A DNA stretch of 24,000 bases from Methanocaldococcus indicus (lineage in GTDB: Archaea > AGJL01 > Methanococci > Methanococcales > Methanocaldococcaceae), in NCBI RefSeq assembly GCF_049554935.1, contig NZ_CP186926.1, positions 697,879 through 721,878 on the forward strand, given 5' to 3'. A model generated the notes under the pieces. The model saw only the letters and a program-made list of their open reading frames with translations, did not search any database and was not told the DNA's origin. Shown here piece after piece: positions 11,000-20,318 of the stretch (position 1 is its first letter; each line of letters starts with the position of its first letter). A program made the position numbers and the translations under genes.

Positions 11000-11072
11000 G
11001 GGCCCGTAGCTCAGCTGGGAGAGCGCCGGCCTTGCAAGCCGGAGGCCGTGGGTTCAAATCCCACCGGGTCCA
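11000..11072 (+). tRNA. tRNA-Ala (anticodon UGC) in the 16S-23S spacer; CCA not encoded
   Basis: GGGCCCGTAGCTCAGCTGGGAGAGCGCCGGCCTTGCAAGCCGGAGGCCGTGGGTTCAAATCCCACCGGGTCCA. The acceptor stem includes the G3:U70 Ala identity pair. Anticodon loop CTTGCAA, T-loop GGTTCAAATCC. Confidence 0.97.
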
Positions 11073-11170
11073 CTAAAAAAATAAATGCAGCCCACAACTT
11101 TAAAAAGTTGTGGGTGAAGGGCCCGATAAAAGATGAGGGCCGGGCATAAGCCCTTAGCGCCCTGGTGAAA

Positions 11171-14165
<2,995 letters not shown>

Positions 14166-14211
14166 CACTGAAAGGGCGCTAAGGGCTTATGTCCGGCCCC
14201 ACTATTTATCC

Positions 14212-14328
14212 AACACGGCGGCCATAGCGGGGGTGACACACCCGGACCCATTCCGAACCCGGAAGTTAAGCCCCCCAGCGATGCCCCGAGTACTGCCATC
14301 TGGCGGGAAAGGGGCGACGCCGCCGGTT
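14212..14328 (+). rRNA. rrf: 5S ribosomal RNA
   Basis: ACGGCGGCCATAGCGGGGGTGACACACCCGGACCCATTCCGAACCCGGAAGTTAAGCCCCCCAGCG...GACGCCGCCGG. The terminal helix pairs CGGCGGC with GCCGCCG. Confidence 0.9.
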
Positions 14329-14352
14329 ATTATTTATTATTTTATTTATTTT
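14327..14352 (+). terminator. Oligo-T tracts after 5S, a likely rRNA operon terminator
   Basis: TTATTATTTATTATTTTATTTATTTT follows 5S immediately. Archaeal RNAP terminates at T-runs. Confidence 0.4.
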
Positions 14353-14384
14353 AGATAATATTTATTAATTTAAATTTAATTTTT

Positions 14385-14649
14385 GGTGAGGGGGCTGGTG
14401 GCTATCCCTCCAATAATGGAGGGAGGAAGTTCCGCCCACCCCAAATTTATGGGCTGAAACTCCCGAGAGGGAGTGGGAGGAGCAACAGAAACGACACGGC
14501 CTCGGGAGAGATGGTGATGATATCCAAAAATTGAAGACCTCCCGAGGAATCGGTGAAACGGGCTCCTCCCCAGCCCTGGGGTGCAAGGCGTTAAGCCGCT
14601 TAGCCGAATGCCACCGAAATTACAGAAGGCGGGCTATAGCCCCCACACC
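14385..14649 (+). ncRNA. rnpB: RNase P RNA (archaeal type M-like)
   Basis: A GC-rich 265-nt island in AT-rich DNA. P1 pairs GGTGAGGGGGCT with AGCCCCCACACC. CR-I-like GGAGGGAGGAAGTTCCGCCCAC, AGCAACAGAAACGACACGG, GGTGAAACGG, CR-V-like ACAGAAGGCGGGCTATAGCC. Confidence 0.85.
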
Positions 14650-14812
14650 AAATTTAAAAATTTTAATTATATTAAAATTTATAATATAGATTATTTATTA
14701 TTTTTATAAATATTATATCCATATATTTAAATATATATAATACAATTCCATAATTTTTTAAGAAGAAGTTATATAATAACTTCTTAAAATTCTAAATAAA
14801 AAGGATGATAGT

Positions 14813-15574
14813 ATGGATATAATTACATTAACAACAGATTTTGGATACTCTGATGGATTTGTTGGAGCCATGAAAGGGAGAATATATTCTATTTTAAAAA
14901 AATATAATAGAAGAGTTGAAATAGTTGATATATGCCACAATGTTAGACCCTTTAACATCTACAATGGTGCTTATGTTTTATTAACATCTATTCCCTATTA
15001 TCCTCCATCTGTTCATATAGCAGTTATTGACCCAACAGTTGGAAGTGAGAGGAACAGTATTGTTGTTAAACTAAAAAATGGGAGTTATATTGTTGCTCCA
15101 GATAATGGATTAGTTAGTTATGTAGTTAATAGAATTGGAATTGATAAAATATATAGGATTGATGAAACTAAATATAGTCCTTCATCTACATTTCATGGGA
15201 GAGATGTTTATGCAGTTGTAGGAGCAGAAATAGTTGCTGGGATATTTGAAGGAGAGGAAATAGATAAGATAGTTAAATTAGATGATACTAAGAAAAGAGT
15301 AATTCACATAGATAGATTTGGAAATATAATAACAAATATAAAAAGAGATGAAATAAACTTTAAGCTTTATGACTATATTAAAATAAAGTTTAAAACAAAG
15401 AAAGGAGAAAAAATTATTAAATGCAAATTTGTAAAGTCATACTTTGAAGGAGGAAATGAGTTTATTTGTCTAATTAATAGTGAAGGTTTCTTAGAGATAG
15501 CTAAGTTTATGGACAATGCAGCTAATTTATTAGATGTTGATTATTTAGATGAGGTAGAAATATGCAACCAATAG
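14813..15574 (+). CDS. S-adenosyl-L-methionine hydrolase (adenosine-forming), DUF62 / SAM hydroxide adenosyltransferase family
   Basis: The 253-aa N-terminus ITLTTDFGYSDGFVGAMKGRI is the hallmark of the DUF62/fluorinase-chlorinase superfamily. Also VAVIDPTVGSER, APDNGL, FHGRDVYA, DRFGNIITNI. Confidence 0.85.
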   Translation: MDIITLTTDFGYSDGFVGAMKGRIYSILKKYNRRVEIVDICHNVRPFNIYNGAYVLLTSIPYYPPSVHIAVIDPTVGSERNSIVVKLKNGSYIVAPDNGLVSYVVNRIGIDKIYRIDETKYSPSSTFHGRDVYAVVGAEIVAGIFEGEEIDKIVKLDDTKKRVIHIDRFGNIITNIKRDEINFKLYDYIKIKFKTKKGEKIIKCKFVKSYFEGGNEFICLINSEGFLEIAKFMDNAANLLDVDYLDEVEICNQ

Positions 15575-16551
15575 CAGTATGGATGCAAGATGATATATAT
15601 AGAGATTTTAGTATTGGGAAAAGTTTAACCATTATTTTAAAAACTAAAGGTTGTTCTCATAGAAAATGTGTTTTTTGTTCTTATTATTTAGACTCAGCTA
15701 ATGAAGAAGTGAGCAAAGAAGATTTAATTAAGCAGTTTAATTATGCAATAAATAAATATAATGATAAAATTAAAAATTTAAAAGATTTTTCTGTTAAAAT
15801 ATTTACTTCAGGTAGTTTTTTAGATGATAATGAAGTTCCTAAGGAAGTTAGAGAATATATTTATAAGAAGTTATCTGAATTTAAAAATCTAAAAGAGTTG
15901 GCTATTGAGTCAAGAGCTGAATATATAACTGACAAAAAACTGGAAGAAATTAGAAAATATTTAGATGTTAATGTTGAGATAGGTTTAGGTGTTGAGACAA
16001 GCAATGAGGAGCTTAGAGAGATTTTAGGGAAGGATTTAAAAAATGAAGATATAGATAGAGTTTTAAATTTATCTAAAAAATTTGATATTGGAATTAAAGC
16101 TTATCTATTAATTAAGCCACCATTTTTAACTGAAAAGAGTGCAATAAAAGATGCTATAAAATCAGCTGAATTTTGTATTAAAAAAGGTTTTTCAAGAGTT
16201 TCCTTTTGTCCTTTAACAGTACATAAAGATACATTAGTAGAAAAGTTATGGAAAAAAAAGCAGTATAGACCTCCATTTTTATGGAGTATTATTGAAATAA
16301 TAAAATATCTTAAAGAAAAGTATCCTAATTATTTAATTATGGTAGATACAGCAGGTATTCCTTCTAAGAGAGGAGCACATAACAACTGTGAGTGTGACTA
16401 TAAAATAAAGAATCTTTTAGAAAGATACACAATAACTCAAAATGTAGAGATTTTAAATATTGATTGCAAATGTAAAAAAGTATGGAAAGAATTTTTAAAA
16501 GTGGAAACACTACCTATTCAGGAATCTGTGTTGCTGGAGCCACTACACTAA
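15562..16551 (+). CDS. Elp3-related radical SAM protein, probably the archaeosine-synthesis radical SAM enzyme family (RaSEA / TIGR01210-like)
   Basis: The cluster motif GCSHRKCVFCSY has Elp3-type Cx4Cx2C spacing. 329 aa, archaeal. TSGSFLD and ESRAEYI are TIM-barrel radical SAM-like motifs. Assignment to RaSEA is from memory of the family, not verified. Confidence 0.6.
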   Translation: MQPIAVWMQDDIYRDFSIGKSLTIILKTKGCSHRKCVFCSYYLDSANEEVSKEDLIKQFNYAINKYNDKIKNLKDFSVKIFTSGSFLDDNEVPKEVREYIYKKLSEFKNLKELAIESRAEYITDKKLEEIRKYLDVNVEIGLGVETSNEELREILGKDLKNEDIDRVLNLSKKFDIGIKAYLLIKPPFLTEKSAIKDAIKSAEFCIKKGFSRVSFCPLTVHKDTLVEKLWKKKQYRPPFLWSIIEIIKYLKEKYPNYLIMVDTAGIPSKRGAHNNCECDYKIKNLLERYTITQNVEILNIDCKCKKVWKEFLKVETLPIQESVLLEPLH

Positions 16552-16939
16552 GTTTAGCTAATTTTACACCTTTTGTAGAGTTTAACTTATTTTTTAGTTC
16601 AACAATTCTTTTAGCGTCTCCTTTAACCATAATTATTTCTAAACAATGTTTATCATCCAAATGAATATGCAAATTAGCTAAGATAACATCCCTATATTCA
16701 TGTTGCAAATCAGTTATTTTTTCCATAACCTCTGGGGCATGATGATTATAAATTATTGATATAGTTCCAATTCTCTCCCCTTTTAAGCTTTTTAACCATT
16801 TATATCTTAAAATATACTCTCTTAAAGCATCTCTTATAGCCTCACTTCTACTGGCATATCCTTTTTCATCAATTATCTCATCAAATTCTTTAAGTAATTT
16901 AGATGGTAAAGATATACTTATCCTCTCCATATCACTCAT
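16514..16939 (-). CDS. nikR: Nickel-responsive transcriptional regulator NikR (ribbon-helix-helix plus C-terminal metal-binding domain)
   Basis: MSDMERISISLPSKLLKEFDEIIDEKGYASRSEAIRDALREYI is an RHH domain. The C-domain has His/Cys ligand contexts IYNHHAPEV, HIHLDDKHCLEIIMVKG. I prefer the ATG at 16939, with GGGTGA RBS upstream, over the track's TTG at 16951. Confidence 0.85.
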   Translation of the reverse strand: MSDMERISISLPSKLLKEFDEIIDEKGYASRSEAIRDALREYILRYKWLKSLKGERIGTISIIYNHHAPEVMEKITDLQHEYRDVILANLHIHLDDKHCLEIIMVKGDAKRIVELKNKLNSTKGVKLAKLSVVAPATQIPE

Positions 16940-16995
16940 GCTTTCACCCAAAAAATTAATAAAATTAATAACAAGTAATAACTATTACTCAAATA

Positions 16996-17003
16996 TTATA
17001 TAA
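16996..17003. promoter_or_regulatory. Palindromic TATA element (TTATATAA) that could serve both divergent genes (nikR and Connectase)
   Basis: It lies 22 nt upstream of ATG 17025, which would imply a leaderless or very short-leader mRNA. It lies ~57 nt upstream of the nikR ATG. It is the only strong TATA in the 85-nt intergenic region. Confidence 0.35.
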
Positions 17004-17024
17004 AACAATATTATTTGTGAGAGC

Positions 17025-17909
17025 ATGACACTAATTATTTGTTATTATGGAGCTAATGGCTCAGTTATTGCAGGAGATAAGAGACAAATATTTTTCAGAG
17101 GTAATGAAGAAAAAAGAAAGATTTTAGAAGAAAAGTTATATTCAGGAGAGATAAAGAGTGAAGAAGAGCTTTATAAATTGGCAGAAGAATTAGGAATAAA
17201 AGTTATTATTGAAGATAATAGAGAAAAAGTTTGGAGAGTTAATGATAAAGTTATAGCTGGAGAAGTTAGAAGCTTGGGAATAGATGCAAAAAGAAGAAGA
17301 GTATATTCAACAAAAAACAAATGTTGTATTTTAGAAATATTAAATGATGAAATAACTAATGAAATATATAAAGAAGGTTTTGGATTGATAGTTTTTGGAA
17401 ATAAGTATTTAAAAGAAAAAGTAAGTGAAGAACTAAAAAATAAAGCTAAATTATTTCCAATGATGAATCTAAAAGAAATAGAAAATATCATAAAAGAGTT
17501 TTATAATAAATATAACTGGCATCCAACATTAAGTAAAGATGTAGATATTTTAAGTGTTGATAAGGAAGAGAAGAACTTTAAAGAGGTTATTAAAAAAGAT
17601 GTTGAAAAGCTTTTTAAATATAGAGAGGAGTTAAGACAAAAGTTAATAGATTTTGGTAAAGTTATGACTATTATAAACAAAATTGTTAGAAATGGAGAAG
17701 TTGGCTATATAAAAGATGGAAAATTACATCTTTATGATGATTTTATAGCAATAGACAAAATATCTCCTGATGCTAAAAAATATAAGGTTATTGAAGTTGA
17801 TGGAGATATAAAGGATGGAGATATTATTGTTATAGAAAATGGAGAAATGAAAGTAAAAAACACAGATAAAAAAGTAATGACTAACTATACAATTTGTTAC
17901 AAATTTTGA
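17025..17909 (+). CDS. Connectase-like protein (DUF2121; proteasome-beta-related Ntn fold with Thr at position 2)
   Basis: The N-terminus [24 protein letters not shown] resembles mature proteasome beta/HslV N-termini (Thr1 ... GD+R). Its 294-aa length and methanogen context fit the DUF2121 family characterised as the protein ligase Connectase in Methanocaldococcus. Confidence 0.7.
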   Translation: MTLIICYYGANGSVIAGDKRQIFFRGNEEKRKILEEKLYSGEIKSEEELYKLAEELGIKVIIEDNREKVWRVNDKVIAGEVRSLGIDAKRRRVYSTKNKCCILEILNDEITNEIYKEGFGLIVFGNKYLKEKVSEELKNKAKLFPMMNLKEIENIIKEFYNKYNWHPTLSKDVDILSVDKEEKNFKEVIKKDVEKLFKYREELRQKLIDFGKVMTIINKIVRNGEVGYIKDGKLHLYDDFIAIDKISPDAKKYKVIEVDGDIKDGDIIVIENGEMKVKNTDKKVMTNYTICYKF

Positions 17910-17920
17910 GGGTGGAATTT

Positions 17921-18703
17921 ATGGCAATTGCTATAGCTATTGCTTCTGGAAAAGGAGGTACTGGAAAAACTACAATTGCTGCTAATTTGGCTGTTGCTTT
18001 GGCAAAATTTGGAAAAAAAGTGGCTGTTTTAGATGCAGATATTGCTATGGCTAATCTTGAGTTAATTATGGGTTTAGAAGGAAAGCCAGTAACTTTAAAT
18101 GATGTATTGGCAGGAAAAGCAGATATAAAGGAAGCTATTTATGAAGGACCTGAAGGAGTTTTAGTTATTCCAGCTGGAGTATCATTAGAAAAGTTTAGGA
18201 GAGCTAAACCTGAAAAGTTGGAAGAGGTTCTAAAAACAATTCATGATATGGTAGATATCTTAATTATTGATTGTCCAGCTGGAATTGGAAAAGAAACACT
18301 AATAGCTATTTCATCAGCAGATGGATTAATAGTAGTTGTTAATCCTGAAATATCCTCTATATCAGATGCTTTAAAAGTTTTAGCAATAGCAAAAAGATTA
18401 GGTACTGATATTATTGGAGCTATTGTAAATAGAGTTTCTAATGAAAGTACTGAGTTGAGTGTTAAAGCTATACAAACTATTTTAGATGTTCCAGTTATTG
18501 GAGTAGTCCCAGAAGACCCAAATGTTAGAAAAGCCGCAGCTTTTGGAGTTCCTTTAGTTGTTATGTATCCAGACTCTCCAGCTTCAGAGGCAATTATGCA
18601 AATAGCTGCTAAGTTAATAGGAGCTAAATATGAACCAAAAACTAAAAAGAAAAAAGAAGGATTTATTTCCAGATTCCTTAAGGGGCTATTTGGGAGGAGA
18701 TAA
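17921..18703 (+). CDS. minD: Archaeal MinD/ParA-family P-loop ATPase with a C-terminal amphipathic helix
   Basis: Deviant Walker A IASGKGGTGKTTIAANLA, Walker B ILIIDCPAG, NRV motif. I prefer the ATG at 17921 (GAGGGTGG RBS at 17908-17915) over the track start at 17894. Confidence 0.9.
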   Translation: MAIAIAIASGKGGTGKTTIAANLAVALAKFGKKVAVLDADIAMANLELIMGLEGKPVTLNDVLAGKADIKEAIYEGPEGVLVIPAGVSLEKFRRAKPEKLEEVLKTIHDMVDILIIDCPAGIGKETLIAISSADGLIVVVNPEISSISDALKVLAIAKRLGTDIIGAIVNRVSNESTELSVKAIQTILDVPVIGVVPEDPNVRKAAAFGVPLVVMYPDSPASEAIMQIAAKLIGAKYEPKTKKKKEGFISRFLKGLFGRR

Positions 18704-18705
18704 AG

Positions 18706-18885
18706 ATGGAACTCTTTATTATATATGTAGTTATGAGTATTAGTATTGGTCTAAATGTCATATTAGGAATTAAAGTATATCAGCTACAACAAGAATTAAA
18801 CAACATAAAAAAAGCAACGGCATTAACAAAGGAGGAAGTACAAAAACTAAATGAAAGATTAAGAAGATTAAAGCTTGGTGAATAA
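18706..18885 (+). CDS. 59-aa microprotein: N-terminal TM helix plus coiled-coil tail (not in the ORF track, one residue below its apparent 60-aa floor)
   Basis: My own translation: MELFIIYVVMSISIGLNVILGIKVYQLQQELNNIKKATALTKEEVQKLNERLRRLKLGE*. Its ATG is 2 nt after the minD stop, and its stop is 2 nt before the next ATG (18888). GGGAGGAG at 18692-18699 could serve as its RBS. Confidence 0.55.
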   Translation: MELFIIYVVMSISIGLNVILGIKVYQLQQELNNIKKATALTKEEVQKLNERLRRLKLGE

Positions 18886-18887
18886 TT

Positions 18888-19550
18888 ATGAAACTAAATT
18901 TACTAATGTTCTTGTTTTTATTTTTTGCCTTTACTATTGTTAATGCTCAAGAGATTGATATAGTTCCTAAAACACCTTATGTAAATGATTCAGTATATAT
19001 CATATTTGAATGGAGAGCTCCAACTAATCTTGAAGATTTTAATTTAACAATAACCTCAGATACTATTGACTTTAAAAATACTACTTTATACTATGCAGGA
19101 GTTGCAAAAGATACCTTAATATTTAATATATTTGAGGGAACAGCAAAATATCCAGGAACAAATTATATAACAATTGATATGAGCTATTATGTAGATGGAA
19201 CAAAAATAACAAAAACAATAACTAAGAATATTTATGTGCAAAAACCAAAAGTAATAATTAAATATGTTCCAAAGTACATTTATGTAAATGTGACAAAATA
19301 CATAAATACTTCAAAATATGAAAATAATACATCATTAGTAAAAGAAAAAAATAACAACACAAATATAATTGAGGAAAATATTAGCACTAATATACAAAAA
19401 GAGAAGAACTCAACCAATAATTATACTACAACAAACACTAATACAACAGAAAGTAGTGGGATAACACCAATGACTATATTATATGGAATTATTGGGTTAA
19501 TTTTAGGATTTGGAGCTACATATATGTTTATATATATTATGAAATTATAA
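18888..19550 (+). CDS. Secreted, C-terminally membrane-anchored, sequon-rich (likely N-glycosylated) surface protein
   Basis: Signal peptide MKLNLLMFLFLFFAFTIVNA/QE. At least 11 N-x-S/T sequons, concentrated in an Asn/Thr-rich stalk (NNTSL, NNNTN, NIST, NSTN, NYTT, NTTES). C-terminal TM ILYGIIGLILGFGATYMFIYIMKL. Confidence 0.65.
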   Translation: MKLNLLMFLFLFFAFTIVNAQEIDIVPKTPYVNDSVYIIFEWRAPTNLEDFNLTITSDTIDFKNTTLYYAGVAKDTLIFNIFEGTAKYPGTNYITIDMSYYVDGTKITKTITKNIYVQKPKVIIKYVPKYIYVNVTKYINTSKYENNTSLVKEKNNNTNIIEENISTNIQKEKNSTNNYTTTNTNTTESSGITPMTILYGIIGLILGFGATYMFIYIMKL

Positions 19551-19580
19551 TTTATTTTTCTTTTTTTGGGAGATGAAATA

Positions 19581-20318
19581 ATGATAAAAAGAAAATTAGA
19601 AGTTTTTGGTTTAGAAATGCCTATTATCAAAAAAGATGAAAGATTTGACTTGGCAAGAGAAATTGCTAAATTTCCTCTACAAGATTATGATATTGTTGTT
19701 GTAGCTGAGACATTAGTAGCTAAGTTGGAAGGTAGAGTTATAGACAAAGACAAAATAGTCCCATCAGAAAAAGCTAAGGAATTAGCTGAACTAACTGGAA
19801 AAGACCCAAAAATTGTCCAAGCTATTTTAGATGAGGCTAAAGAAATTATAAAAATAGGGAAAAACTTTATAATAACTGAGACAAAGCACGGTTATGTTAT
19901 GGCAAATAGTGGAGTAGATGAAAGTAATACTTTGGGTATAAAGCTTTTACCAAAAAATCCTGATGAATCAGCAGAAAAGTTAAGAAAAGAGTTAGAAAAA
20001 CTAACTGGAAAAAAAATTGGTGTTATTATATCAGATAGTGTAGGAAGACCTTTCAGAAAAGGAGCAGTTGGGATAGCTTTGGGGGTTAGTGGAATCTTAG
20101 CTTTATGGGATAGGAAGGGGGAGAAAGATTTATTTGGGAGAGAATTAAAATCAACAGAAGTAGCTATTGCAGATGAATTAGCAAGCTTAGCTAATGTGGT
20201 TATGGGAGAAGCAGATGAAGGAATCCCTGTTGTAGTTATTAGAGGAGCTAATGTTCCATTTGGGGAAGGTAAAGGGAGGGATTTAATTAGGAGTAAAGAG
20301 GAGGATGTATTTAGATGA
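19581..20318 (+). CDS. cofE: Coenzyme F420-0:L-glutamate ligase (gamma-glutamyl ligase)
   Basis: ~245 aa. VVVAETLVAKLEGR, GYVMANSGVDESN, GVIISDSVGRPFRKGAVGIALG, IADELASLANVVMGEADEGIPVVVIRG are typical CofE motifs. I prefer the ATG at 19581 over the track's TTG at 19566. Confidence 0.85.
   Translation: MIKRKLEVFGLEMPIIKKDERFDLAREIAKFPLQDYDIVVVAETLVAKLEGRVIDKDKIVPSEKAKELAELTGKDPKIVQAILDEAKEIIKIGKNFIITETKHGYVMANSGVDESNTLGIKLLPKNPDESAEKLRKELEKLTGKKIGVIISDSVGRPFRKGAVGIALGVSGILALWDRKGEKDLFGRELKSTEVAIADELASLANVVMGEADEGIPVVVIRGANVPFGEGKGRDLIRSKEEDVFR

Noticed and set aside
11000-11072. tRNA-Ala as a possible integration site for a mobile element
   Set aside because: The tRNA sits in the standard 16S-23S spacer position. 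I noticed no direct repeat of its 3' half, integrase gene or foreign-looking DNA nearby.
14650-14812. Stand-alone C/D box sRNA in the AT-rich spacers (also checked 690-774, 2444-2584, 9176-9330, 16940-17024)
   Set aside because: I found no RUGAUGA ... CUGA pairing at appropriate spacing in any intergenic region. The only box-C-like element is inside the RNase P RNA, where it is reported as a K-turn.
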